A DNA stretch of 64,000 bases from Promethearchaeota archaeon (GTDB lineage Archaea > Asgardarchaeota > Lokiarchaeia > Sigyniarchaeales > SOKP01). Every line of letters begins with the position of its first letter. Within the stretch, counting starts at the first letter, position 1. The stretch is from NCBI GenBank assembly GCA_019058365.1, contig JAHPZE010000011.1, positions 60,921 to 124,920 on the forward strand, written 5' to 3'. Shown one piece after another: positions 10,050 to 20,496 of the stretch. The translations under genes were made by a program, and so were the position numbers. Below the pieces are notes generated by a model. It saw only the letters and a list, made by a program, of their open reading frames with translations. It was not told the origin of the DNA and did no database searches.

Positions 10050-11633
10050 TTGAAGATTCTATATGTTAATCCTGCCCGATTAAGTTCTGGTCTTGATGCA
10101 ATAATTAAAGGTCCTCCTTTAAGTTTAATTTCAATTGCAGCAATGGTTCCACAACATGATGCGAAATTATTCGATTTTAAAGTCCACAAATATAATGAGA
10201 GAAAATTCAATTCATTATTGAATCAGAGTGACATAGTAGCTCTCACAAGCATGACACCCCAAATCTCTCATGCATTTGAAGTAGCTCAAATGGCTAAAGA
10301 GCAAGGTTGTACTACTATTATTGGTGGATATCAGCCAACTTTAGCTCCTGAATATGTAGCTAAACATCCTGCGATAGATTATGCTGTTCGCGGTGAGGGA
10401 GAACACACTTTTCGCGAACTTGTAGATTATATCGATGGAAATGTTAATAATGCAACACTGAGAAATATTGATGGAATTTCTTATAAAAATAAAGAAGGAC
10501 AAGTACTTCATAACAAAGATCGAAAATTAGAGCCTAATTTGGATAATTTTCCAATGCCTCGTAGAGATTTATTAGATGATAAAAATTATGTTTATCTAGG
10601 TGCAAGAGTCGCTCAACTTGAAACTTCACGAGGTTGTCCACATAATTGTAAATTCTGTTGTATCATAAAAATGTGGAGAAATTCAGATCGACCCGTAACT
10701 TATAGAACTAAATCTACTAAAAGAATAATGCAAGAAATCTATGATATTGATTTTAAAAATGATTTTATTTTTTTCTGTGAAGATAATTTTACTATTAAAA
10801 TAAAACGTACAAAAGAGATTCTTGAATCCATAATTCGTTCGGGAGTTCCTAATAAAATGTATTTCTCTTGCCAATCACGAGTTGATACGCTATACAGAAA
10901 TCCTTGGTTAATTGATTTAATGCATAAAGCAGGTATGAGACAAGTATTTCTCGGGATCGAATCAGTTCATCAACAAAGCCTTGATGCAATGAATAAGCAA
11001 AATACTACTCCTGATATGGTTAGAAAGGTTGTCTCATCGCTTCAAGATCATGGAATTTCAATTTTTGGTGGCGTGATCATTGGATTTCCAGGAGAAACTA
11101 AAACAATGGTAAGACAAAATATTCAATTTGCAAAATCACTTAATTTGAGTTGTATTCAATTCACACCAATTACAGCTTTTCCCGGAACTGACTTTTATAA
11201 TGAAATGTCAGAAAAAAATATGATTACGAGTACTGATTATAGGCATTATGATTTGTTTCATTCTATGATGCGTACAGAACAATTGACCAATAATGAAATG
11301 TATCAATTAGTTGGTGAAGCGTATTCTGCATATTATCTTAGTAAGGGTTGGCTTAAAATGCTTATAAAAAGATATGCTAATCCATTTGGTAAATTCAATT
11401 GGATGTGGCGAAATATACCGCGTTTTGCTAAAACAGTGATTAAGAGTGGAAGAGAAATGCTTCTTTCGATGGGAATTACTCAATCAATTATATCTGAAGA
11501 AATGGCAGAAATTATGGCGAGAGGAAAAGCAGGTAAACACTTATTTATAAGTAAACCGAACATTATTGGAAACGAAAAAGAAATTATTCCCCTTGTGAAA
11601 AAAGAAACTAAACCAGTAAAAATTACTATCTGA
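10050..11633 (+). CDS. Cobalamin-binding radical SAM protein
   Basis: N-terminal B12-binding domain (IIGGYQPT, VRGEGE); SRGCPHNCKFC; GIES. TTG start preceded by GGTGA. Confidence 0.9.
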   Translation: MKILYVNPARLSSGLDAIIKGPPLSLISIAAMVPQHDAKLFDFKVHKYNERKFNSLLNQSDIVALTSMTPQISHAFEVAQMAKEQGCTTIIGGYQPTLAPEYVAKHPAIDYAVRGEGEHTFRELVDYIDGNVNNATLRNIDGISYKNKEGQVLHNKDRKLEPNLDNFPMPRRDLLDDKNYVYLGARVAQLETSRGCPHNCKFCCIIKMWRNSDRPVTYRTKSTKRIMQEIYDIDFKNDFIFFCEDNFTIKIKRTKEILESIIRSGVPNKMYFSCQSRVDTLYRNPWLIDLMHKAGMRQVFLGIESVHQQSLDAMNKQNTTPDMVRKVVSSLQDHGISIFGGVIIGFPGETKTMVRQNIQFAKSLNLSCIQFTPITAFPGTDFYNEMSEKNMITSTDYRHYDLFHSMMRTEQLTNNEMYQLVGEAYSAYYLSKGWLKMLIKRYANPFGKFNWMWRNIPRFAKTVIKSGREMLLSMGITQSIISEEMAEIMARGKAGKHLFISKPNIIGNEKEIIPLVKKETKPVKITI

Positions 11634-11728
11634 ACTAACTTATTATTAAACTTTATTTCTTTCTTATAATTTTAAGTATAGATATAGATAGATCGCTACT
11701 TTAAGCCCTCTTTAAAAATTAAGAGTAA

Positions 11729-12052
11729 TTAAAACTCTATTACAAGTTTATTAAATTTCAACTTACTAATTTTACGAACCCCGTGGTCACCGGAAGCATA
11801 ATCGCATGTAATTAAACCTGCTTCTTCAAGTTTCTTAATTTGGGCAGAAATATTGGCTTCAGTCATAATTAAATTAGCCGCAATATTCGAAACATCCATT
11901 GGTTCTTCTTGAATATGATGGAGTATTTGACGCCTTGTTCGTGATGACAAGGCTTTTACAATCTTTTCAATTTGCTCATCTGATTTTATTGAAACTGATT
12001 CAGTTTTATTTTGCAAATTGACTTCTAAAATACCAGTCTGTGTAAGTTCCAT
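11729..12052 (-). CDS. ArsR-family winged-helix regulator
   Basis: KALSSRTRRQIL...ANISAQIKKLEEAGLI. Confidence 0.85.
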   Translation of the reverse strand: MELTQTGILEVNLQNKTESVSIKSDEQIEKIVKALSSRTRRQILHHIQEEPMDVSNIAANLIMTEANISAQIKKLEEAGLITCDYASGDHGVRKISKLKFNKLVIEF

Positions 12053-12851
12053 GACTTTTTATCCAACCCTTAATAAATTTCTAATAGTTATATACATAAA
12101 ATCAATATTTTAGACGATATTTATATTTACCTTGTGTATTTTTTGTATTCTAAAATTACAAAATACTATAATGATTACAATTGATATTAAAATTAAGTAT
12201 AACTCATTTTTATATTTGGGATTATTTATTTAATAAAGTATTCTTTTAACAAAATTAGATTCATTGATGGTTTTTAAATTTTAGGGCTTGTAACTATTAT
12301 TGGATTTTTAGTCAATGTAATATATCCTTTAATTGAATTGGCTCTCTTTAATAATCAAAGTATATTTAGAGAGTACATTATGAATATAATAAAAATCTTT
12401 CCAAAAATTAATAAAAATACCACAAAAATCCCATTAAGATAAAAATCTTGAATATTTTTTTTCTTACTATGTTTTTTATTGATTATTAAAATTTAATATT
12501 TATAATAAAGAGATAATATATAGCACACAAACTATTCTGGAAGAATTTTAATTCTAAATCTCTATACATAGTTCTATAAATCCTTAAAATCCTAATTAAT
12601 ATGTTTTATTAAACTAGACTTTAAATAAAGTTCATTATTTGGAAGAAGGGATTCCATTGATTAAAACAACATACAAGTTATAATATTCAAATAAATAGAT
12701 AATGAAATATTTTATAATTGTATATTTATTTTCCCATAATTTTTGACAAAAATTGTAAATCACTATCATTTATATTCATAAGTTACTTATATTACATATA
12801 CTATAAAATTAATACAAATATTACAAATAAAATTCTTTAGGGAGATAATAA

Positions 12852-13514
12852 TTGAGTAGAAATCCGATCCAAAAATCATTAAATCATGAAAAAAATGCTA
12901 CATCTAGGGGGAATAAGTTAAATAATTCAACAAGCGTCATAACTGTAAGAATTGATGAAGAATTGAACTATAATCTAGAAAAAATCCGCACAAAATTAGG
13001 GGTTTCTAAGGCTGATCTTATACGAAATTATTTAGAAATGTCAAAATATATAATAAAACAAAAAATTTCAATTCAATCATTAAATGATCGGGATTTAATA
13101 ATTATAAAAAGAAGTTATTTAAGAAAACTAATTGAAAATTGGGATGAAGAAGAACAAATAGATTTAGGTGAAAAATTAGCTCGATTTATAAATGATTGTG
13201 CAAGAATTAATGGAAAATCAGATGATATGGATTATAAAATAGAAATGTGTGATAATCTAGGTTTTTTCCGTAAATTTACAGATGATGAAAAATATCTATT
13301 AATAGATAAGAAATTTGGTCCTTTAAAATTTGTAGAAGCTTTCATATGGACAATTTTTAACAAAGGAGAATTTAATCCAGATTGGATTTTTTCAAAAATA
13401 GATGCCCAAAGTAAAATAAGGACGGCTTATGAAAAACAGGTACACCCTGTAGAGCGATCATCATCTCATTTTTCATATGAATTTGCTAAAATAGTCGAAG
13501 AAGAAATTGAATAA
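12852..13514 (+). CDS. Ribbon-helix-helix (CopG-like) domain protein
   Basis: VITVRIDEEL...LGVSKADLIRNYL. Confidence 0.75.
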   Translation: MSRNPIQKSLNHEKNATSRGNKLNNSTSVITVRIDEELNYNLEKIRTKLGVSKADLIRNYLEMSKYIIKQKISIQSLNDRDLIIIKRSYLRKLIENWDEEEQIDLGEKLARFINDCARINGKSDDMDYKIEMCDNLGFFRKFTDDEKYLLIDKKFGPLKFVEAFIWTIFNKGEFNPDWIFSKIDAQSKIRTAYEKQVHPVERSSSHFSYEFAKIVEEEIE

Positions 13515-13534
13515 AAATAAGAAGTAAAAAAAAA

Positions 13535-15265
13535 TTAACTTTTATCTATAATTTCTTTTAAACCTAAGATTGGAACAATTGTTTTATTGGGGCGGAATAA
13601 AATTTCATAATTTAATTCATATAACGCCCTTTCCATATAAAAATATGTAATTAAAATATAATTTGGGTTTAATTTTTTCAATATTTTTCCTATTAATTGT
13701 GATTCCCATATATTAAGAACATTGAGAATAATATCAAGAACTTTTTTTATGGGTCTAGCAGCTCTCCTGAAATAAAGATTATAAAGAATTTCTTCTGGTA
13801 CTTCATACTTCTCTTTTCGAATTATTTTGTGCTCAATGAACTTAAGTAAAGTATTAAATTTTATATAACTCAAAGCTCTCAAAAAGGAAGCCAAATCTTT
13901 TTCAATGGGGAATTTTCCTTTCTTTTCCTCATAGGATAATTGCGGATCACCTTCAAAATCAATAAAGTAAAAATTATAGTGATTATCAACTTTATTGAAT
14001 AGAATCTGTTCCATATGTAAGTCTTGGTGCACAGGTTGAATTTTTATTACTGTTTCTTTGAATTCTGAACGAAATCTTTCTATAATATCTTTAATATCTA
14101 TAAGGATGGAACTTATTTTTGGTAAATTGAAAAATGCGCTTTCTGGTTGCTCTGTCATGTGACTTAGTAATTCTGAAATCATCGAATTTAATCTATATGT
14201 ATAAGTTTTAAGATACTCTTCACTATTTACTGATTCTAAAACATATTCTTTCTGGGAGGGTAAAATTAAGGATTTATGTAAGTTTTTAATGTAGTTTCCT
14301 ATCTCAGTAGATACAATTATAGTTTCAACACAGTTTTTTTTAATCATTGTGGAGATATTTGATTTTTCGGTAAGTAAAGAAAAATTATCATTAATATCTT
14401 TAAATACTATTTTAATCATATTATTTAGTTCATTCCAATATATATCTCCTAAATTTCCTTCATTAGGAACACTTTCTAGTATTCCAACTGTTTCTTTATC
14501 TTGGATCTTTATTGTTCCATAAATTTTAGGAGCATTTGGAAACTTATTTTTTACTAAAACGTATAATATTGACGGTTCTAAACTTATAGAATAATCTTTA
14601 TATGATTTTAATACATACGAGATTGGTTTTTGATCTGGTGATCTTTTATTAGATATGGTTAATGAATATATTAGATTGGTAGTATTTCCCTTTCCTAATT
14701 GATCTAACGAGAGCTCATATCTATCGGGATATAATCCTGCTTCTATTAAATTTTGAACCTTCTTCATGTTAGTATCATCTTCGAATTGTTTGCTATAAAG
14801 TGTTAGTTCCAAATCCATTTTTGGAAACTTTTCAGAAATAGTTGCGTCAAATAACATTTTCTTCCAGAAAAAAAGACAAGACTCTGCTTCTAGTAAATTA
14901 AGTGTGATTATTTTTTGTTCATTTTCAACAGTCATAGCTAACTTTTTACTAAATGTGTTTTCAGTAAGGCGTAAAATATTGGACCGTGTTTTTTCATTAG
15001 GTTCTAGAATAGTTTCAATTTTTTCATAATAGATTAAAGGAATAAAATAAGTCTTAGAATAGACTGTAGTCTTTACGTCAATTATTGTTAGGAAAATCCT
15101 TTCCGCGATCGTTTCAAAATATTGTAGCAATACATCAAATTCTAAATTTGATAAAGCTGATTTATCTCCAAACCATCTTCTTGAGAGCAGCCATCCCTTA
15201 AACTCATTCGAATTACATATTCCTTGGATCACATTCTTATCAAAATATTTAAACATAAAAACCAA
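13535..15265 (-). CDS. Maltokinase-like (Mak/Pep2) phosphotransferase
   Basis: WLLSRRWFGDK N-cap, HQDLHMEQIL, IDFEGDP, DLASFLRALSY, ERALYELNYEILFRP. Start is likely the ATG at 15256. Confidence 0.8.
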   Translation of the reverse strand: MVFMFKYFDKNVIQGICNSNEFKGWLLSRRWFGDKSALSNLEFDVLLQYFETIAERIFLTIIDVKTTVYSKTYFIPLIYYEKIETILEPNEKTRSNILRLTENTFSKKLAMTVENEQKIITLNLLEAESCLFFWKKMLFDATISEKFPKMDLELTLYSKQFEDDTNMKKVQNLIEAGLYPDRYELSLDQLGKGNTTNLIYSLTISNKRSPDQKPISYVLKSYKDYSISLEPSILYVLVKNKFPNAPKIYGTIKIQDKETVGILESVPNEGNLGDIYWNELNNMIKIVFKDINDNFSLLTEKSNISTMIKKNCVETIIVSTEIGNYIKNLHKSLILPSQKEYVLESVNSEEYLKTYTYRLNSMISELLSHMTEQPESAFFNLPKISSILIDIKDIIERFRSEFKETVIKIQPVHQDLHMEQILFNKVDNHYNFYFIDFEGDPQLSYEEKKGKFPIEKDLASFLRALSYIKFNTLLKFIEHKIIRKEKYEVPEEILYNLYFRRAARPIKKVLDIILNVLNIWESQLIGKILKKLNPNYILITYFYMERALYELNYEILFRPNKTIVPILGLKEIIDKS

Positions 15266-15356
15266 GTATTTCAGTTTTTAATAATATATTTAGTTATCTT
15301 TTATAAGTAAAAATTTTTACATATATTTAAACACATTATTTAATGAATTCATAAAT

Positions 15357-17531
15357 ATGTCTGAAAGAAGTATTCATTTGCCTATTGTCTTTCACTTCCA
15401 TCAACCAGTCGATAACTTCAATTTTGTAATAGAAGATTGTTATCAGAAAGCATATGAACCTCTTATTGACAGTATATTCCAATTTGAAGATATAAAAATA
15501 ACTCTTCATTTTTCTGGTAACTTATTAGAATGGTTTCTAAATTACAAGCCTGAATTTATTGAAAAAATAAAAATTATGGCGAAAAGAGGTCAGATAGAAA
15601 TTATTGGAGGAGGTTATTATGAACCTATTTTTGCTATAATCCCTTATCGCGATAAAATAGCTCAAATAAAAAAATTATCTGATTTAATTAAAAAGGAATT
15701 TGGATTAGAAATTAATGGTGCTTGGTTATCAGAAAGAGTATGGGAACCAAATTATCCTTCATTTTTAAATGATGTTGGATTGAAATATGTTATCGTTGAT
15801 GATAATCATTTTCGCTCCACTGGAATAACAGAGGAAGAGACTCTATATTCATATATTACTGAAGATGATGGAAAAACATTGCGAATTTTTTCTATTAATG
15901 AAGAATTAAGATATTTAACTCCCTGGAAGCCAACATATTTATCTATTGATTATCTAAAAAAAATGATCGATGAGAATGGTGATAGGATAGCTCTTTTAAT
16001 ATCAGATGCAGAAAAGATGGGTGTATGGGGTACTACTCACGAAATATGTTATGTAGAGGGGCAGGGTCATAAAGATGGGGATAACGGGAAACCATTTATA
16101 CCAGCTTTCTTTGAGCAAATTAGAAGTAATTCTTGGATAAAGTCCATTACATTAACGGAATATATGCAAAAGTTTCCCGCGAAGAGTTTGATATATCTCC
16201 CAACTGCTAGCTATGACAAAATGGAGGAATGGGTGTTACCTACAGAAATTAGGAAGAATTTTAAAAAAATAAGAAAAGCTCTAATGGAGGATGAGGAAAA
16301 AAGAGAAATATATCAATTTCTAAAGGGTGGTTTTTGGAGATACTTCCTTGTAAAATACCCAGAATCTAATAATATGCACAAGAAAATGATTTATATAAGA
16401 AATAAACTAATTTCCACCGAAGAGAAACTACTAAAAGTTAAAAATGAACAACTTGTTTCTTTGATACTGAAAAAGATAAACAAAGCATGGGATGAGATTT
16501 ATAAAGCTCAATGTAATGATTGCTATTGGCACGGATTATTTGGAGGAGTCTATTTACAATTTTTACGGTTTTCAGTTTATACACATTTAATAAATACTGA
16601 GAAGATAATTGATGAGATTAGTACTTTAATCAATCCAAAATTGAAATCCTATATTTATATAACACCAACTGATTTTATTAAGGATAGTAGAACAGAGTAC
16701 TTAATTGAATCAGATCTTTTTAATATTTACATTAATCCTAATGATGCTGGAACAATTTTTGAGTTAGATTATAAACCCAAATCTTATAATCTATTAAATA
16801 CATTAACAAGATGGCCTGAAGCATATCATGATAGTAAGAAACTTGAATCAAAAGAAGTGCTGGTTGATCGATTTAGAAGAAGTCTACTACGCATTAGATT
16901 TTTGCATGATGATGTGACTCTTGAACAGCTCCAAGCCGATCAATATTATGACTTTGGAGATTTTGTTGATGAAAAATACAGAGTTACAAGTAATGAAAAA
17001 GAAGGTAAAATTGCCATAATAGAAATGGAAAGAATTGGAAGTATAAAAGATCCTGATACTGATGATAGAAACCCCGTGCGAATTACAAAAGATATACATG
17101 TAAAAAATAATGAAATTGAAGTTATCATAAGAATTAATTTCAATGAAATCCCCGGAAAAGAAAAAATGCTAAACAGTATTGTTAATAAGTTAAATGTAGC
17201 TGTTGATATTCCTTTTTTCTTTAATGGAGATACAACTAAATTCAAATGGGAAAGCAAGCAAGTGGATCTTGAAGATAATCTTAAAACAGAATTATTAGAA
17301 CCATTTCAATATATTGGCTCGCATTTTAAAGCTTATGATGAGACCTATGATCTAAATTTTGAATTTGAGATTTTAACTAAAAATGATTCAATTAAAATTA
17401 ATAAATTTCCAATAATTGCATATGCTTTCACAGATGAGGGCTATAAAGAGATTTATCAAGGAATCAATGTTACTCCCGTTCTTAAACTTAGCAAGAGTTT
17501 AGAATTTCAACTAAAATTACAAATTTTTTAA
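15357..17531 (+). CDS. GH57 alpha-amylase/4-alpha-glucanotransferase
   Basis: HFHQP, GGYYEP, WLSERVWEP (nucleophile), SDAEKMG (acid/base), AQCNDCYWHGLFGG. Confidence 0.92.
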   Translation: MSERSIHLPIVFHFHQPVDNFNFVIEDCYQKAYEPLIDSIFQFEDIKITLHFSGNLLEWFLNYKPEFIEKIKIMAKRGQIEIIGGGYYEPIFAIIPYRDKIAQIKKLSDLIKKEFGLEINGAWLSERVWEPNYPSFLNDVGLKYVIVDDNHFRSTGITEEETLYSYITEDDGKTLRIFSINEELRYLTPWKPTYLSIDYLKKMIDENGDRIALLISDAEKMGVWGTTHEICYVEGQGHKDGDNGKPFIPAFFEQIRSNSWIKSITLTEYMQKFPAKSLIYLPTASYDKMEEWVLPTEIRKNFKKIRKALMEDEEKREIYQFLKGGFWRYFLVKYPESNNMHKKMIYIRNKLISTEEKLLKVKNEQLVSLILKKINKAWDEIYKAQCNDCYWHGLFGGVYLQFLRFSVYTHLINTEKIIDEISTLINPKLKSYIYITPTDFIKDSRTEYLIESDLFNIYINPNDAGTIFELDYKPKSYNLLNTLTRWPEAYHDSKKLESKEVLVDRFRRSLLRIRFLHDDVTLEQLQADQYYDFGDFVDEKYRVTSNEKEGKIAIIEMERIGSIKDPDTDDRNPVRITKDIHVKNNEIEVIIRINFNEIPGKEKMLNSIVNKLNVAVDIPFFFNGDTTKFKWESKQVDLEDNLKTELLEPFQYIGSHFKAYDETYDLNFEFEILTKNDSIKINKFPIIAYAFTDEGYKEIYQGINVTPVLKLSKSLEFQLKLQIF

Positions 17532-17663
17532 TATTTAAACTTTTATTTCCTCTACAAATTTGTAGAGATACATGAGAATTTTGTCGATATTACCTATCTT
17601 TAAATATATTAATAGCCTAATATCACCTATAAAACTTAAAATTTAAGGTTGGTTTTGACATTT

Positions 17664-17807
17664 ATGGGAGTTACTGGAAATGGGAAGCGAAGTGGTTGGG
17701 TTTATAATAAAAAAACATTGAAAGCTAGTATTGACAATAATCACTTTGTTCGAAATACTCGAAAAAAGTTAATGGAAGAAAAACTTCGAAAAAAACTCCA
17801 GAAATAA
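17664..17807 (+). CDS. Small basic protein, 47 aa (not in ORF track)
   Basis: ATG...TAA, translated by hand: MGVTGNGKRSGWVYNKKTLKASIDNNHFVRNTRKKLMEEKLRKKLQK. Confidence 0.5.
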   Translation: MGVTGNGKRSGWVYNKKTLKASIDNNHFVRNTRKKLMEEKLRKKLQK

Positions 17808-17975
17808 CCTTATTCTATTAAGACTTAATTTTTATAAATCACACTTATTCTTTCTTAATATTTTTTAGAAGATCTGGCTAAAACCTTTCACATTCATAAA
17901 CATGACTTTCTTATACCCAGTTAATCTTTTTATAAATGAAATAAAATTAAAAAAATAATCAACACACACAAAATT

Positions 17976-18125
17976 TTGAACGTTACTTGTACTAAGGAAA
18001 GATGCTTTAGTTGGAATTGTTGTGATGAAAATCTACAAGCGTGTATTGAAAAATCAGAATATGTGAAAAGGATTAGAGATGAACTAAGAAGCAAGAAATT
18101 TAAAAAATTAAGGAAGATCAATTAA
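17976..18125 (+). CDS. Small Cys-rich protein, 49 aa (not in ORF track)
   Basis: TTG start; MNVTCTKERCFSWNCCDENLQACIEKSEYVKRIRDELRSKKFKKLRKIN. Confidence 0.45.
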   Translation: MNVTCTKERCFSWNCCDENLQACIEKSEYVKRIRDELRSKKFKKLRKIN

Positions 18126-18142
18126 TTTTGTAGAATCATCGT

Positions 18143-18823
18143 CTATTCTGAGGATTCAAATCCATATTTTCCAATAAGAGGGACAAAACGAACTCCTGTT
18201 ATTTTGGTTGTGTCGAAATGTGTTCCATGTTTTTTAATAATATATAAAGTTTGGCTATAACTTTTAGATCCAGCGGGGATACAGAGAATACCACCATCAA
18301 TTAACTGGTCTCGCAGGGGGAGAGGGATCTTAGTTGGCGAAGCTGCGGTTACTAATATTTTATCATAAGGTGCTTCTTTAGGGAATCCTAATGTTCCATC
18401 TCCATGAATTACAGTAACTCTTTGATCATATCCGGTTTCTTTAAGACTCCTTTTAGCATTTTCTACCAATCCTTCATGGCGCTCAATTGTATATATATGA
18501 CCAGGAGTTTTCGAATTTTCCGGTGCTACTAATTCAGCACATAAAGCTGCATGGTAGCCTGAACCCGTACCAATTTCTAATACTTTATCCCCTTCTTTCA
18601 GTTCAAGATATTCACACATCATAGCATTCATATGTGGGGCACTAATTGTCTGTCCTAATCCAATAGAGAGAGGAGAATCCATATATGCGCTTGATTGCGC
18701 CTCTTTTGGCACGAATTTATGTCTTGGAACAACTAACATTGCCTTAATTACGTTTGGTTTTGTTAATATCTCTCGACTTTTTAGACTTTCAACAAGATTT
18801 TTCCTTTTTTCTTCAAAATTCAT
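18143..18823 (-). CDS. pcm: Protein-L-isoaspartate O-methyltransferase
   Basis: VPRHKF, GQTISAPHM, VLEIGTGSGY, APYDKILVTAA, RFVPL. Confidence 0.95.
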   Translation of the reverse strand: MNFEEKRKNLVESLKSREILTKPNVIKAMLVVPRHKFVPKEAQSSAYMDSPLSIGLGQTISAPHMNAMMCEYLELKEGDKVLEIGTGSGYHAALCAELVAPENSKTPGHIYTIERHEGLVENAKRSLKETGYDQRVTVIHGDGTLGFPKEAPYDKILVTAASPTKIPLPLRDQLIDGGILCIPAGSKSYSQTLYIIKKHGTHFDTTKITGVRFVPLIGKYGFESSE

Positions 18824-18828
18824 AGCAT

Positions 18829-20070
18829 TTATTGCTTCAAATGTAATATAAAAATTTTATCGTTTATTTCGACCTCTTTATTAATACGGAGATTAATTCT
18901 TACTGGGTCACTATAACGTTTTCTAACTATACTTGTAATCTTTTCTCCTTTATATATCATTTTTTTTATTGTTTCATTGGTACAAGTATTAGATCCAGTA
19001 ATAATTATTTCATCACCAATTTTTAAAGGAAACTCTAAACTTTCTAATAGAACATTAGCAGATTTACTTTTTTTATCATAAGATAATATTTTTCCTAAGT
19101 AATGTTTTTTATAACGTGAAACATTTCCTCTTTTTTCTAATTCAATTTCCTCAATAGTTGGCCTTTGGAAATAAAACCCTGTATGAAATCCTCTGTTATA
19201 CACACTTGATACTTTTTCCAGCCAAATCTTTATCTTATCGTTAGTATAGGTTTTATTAAAATAACTATCTATCGCTTCTCTATAACACTCAACTACGGTT
19301 TTTACATATAAAGGATCTTTCATCCTTCCTTCTATCTTGAAGGCATCTATTTGAGCATTAATTAATTCGGGGATATATTCTATCATGCAAAGATCTTTAG
19401 CATTTAAAAACAACTGACCATCATAAATAAATTCATTATTCTCATCATCTAATACTTTCCATTCTCTTCTGCATGGTTGAAGACAGTTTCCTCGGTTTGC
19501 AGAATATTCTTCTGAATCACCAATAGTAGCAGAAAAATAACATCGACCTGAAATTGAAGTACACATTGAACCGTGAACGAAGCATTCAATTTTAGTTTTT
19601 GAAAGGAAATGTTTTATAAGCTTGATTTGCTTTAATGATAATTCCCTAGCCAAAATTATCCTTTCTGCTCCAAGTTCTTCATAAAATTTGGCAGCTTTAA
19701 TATTGGAAACGTTTGCTTGTGTTGATATATGAAATTTCATATTATTTCTTTTTGCGATTCTGATAGCAGCAAGATCATGAGCAATAATAGCATCAATATC
19801 AGCATCCTTTGCTTCTAAAATTAGTTTTTCTAAATCTTGTAATTCTCTATCATATATTAAAATATTTGTGGTTAAATATGCTTTTATTGGCGGATTTTGG
19901 CTATGACAGAATTCAATAACCTTCCTTAAATCTTTTCTTTCAAAATTTTTAGCCTTTTGTCTCATATTATATTGCTCTACACCAAAATATATAGCATCTG
20001 CTAAACCGTTTACTATTTTTAGGGAATTCCATTCTTGAATTGGAGCAACTAATTCTGGTCGATTCTCCAT
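18829..20070 (-). CDS. Peptidase U32 family Fe-S protein (TrhP/PrtC-like)
   Basis: PELVAP, HISTQAN, ARELS, ECFVHGSMCTSISGRC, NRGNCLQPCR, KIEGRMK. Confidence 0.9.
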   Translation of the reverse strand: MENRPELVAPIQEWNSLKIVNGLADAIYFGVEQYNMRQKAKNFERKDLRKVIEFCHSQNPPIKAYLTTNILIYDRELQDLEKLILEAKDADIDAIIAHDLAAIRIAKRNNMKFHISTQANVSNIKAAKFYEELGAERIILARELSLKQIKLIKHFLSKTKIECFVHGSMCTSISGRCYFSATIGDSEEYSANRGNCLQPCRREWKVLDDENNEFIYDGQLFLNAKDLCMIEYIPELINAQIDAFKIEGRMKDPLYVKTVVECYREAIDSYFNKTYTNDKIKIWLEKVSSVYNRGFHTGFYFQRPTIEEIELEKRGNVSRYKKHYLGKILSYDKKSKSANVLLESLEFPLKIGDEIIITGSNTCTNETIKKMIYKGEKITSIVRKRYSDPVRINLRINKEVEINDKIFILHLKQ

Positions 20071-20160
20071 ATTAAAAATTAAAGTTTTTCTTTAACATTC
20101 TATAATATACAAATATAAAATAAAGAATATGAAAATTGTCATTGCAAAAGAGGTTAAAAA

Positions 20161-20483
20161 ATGAAGTCATCAATGCCAAAGTGCAAAATAACTGTAATCA
20201 AAAGAGCATTGAATAAGGATTTAATTGAGGAATTTATCAGCGATAAATATGCAGATATCAAAGCATGTGATATTTTTAAAGATGGGCAAGAAGTAATAAT
20301 AGACCCAAATCTTGCTAAGGGTCCCATGGATTTTGTGATTGGGCTTAGGCACATATACGAAAAGATATAATTACTATTGCTGCGGGAGGTAATATCATTG
20401 GAATGAAAAAAAGATGTATTATTATTACTGGATGTGGCGATTGGTTTCGACCTGTAATTTTTAAAGTGGAAAGAATGGAATAA
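20161..20483 (+). pseudogene. TIGR04076-like protein, frameshifted and with an internal stop
   Basis: 5' part MPKCKITV...CDIFKDGQE. After about 20325 the -1 frame reads GFCDWA*AHIRKDI...GCGDWFRPVIFKVERME, with TAG at an expected Trp. Confidence 0.8.
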
Positions 20484-20496
20484 AATGAAATAATAA

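Noticed and set aside
20341-20352. TAG as pyrrolysine readthrough
   Set aside because: It replaces an expected Trp (TGG to TAG), the gene is also frameshifted, and no pyl genes are in the window.
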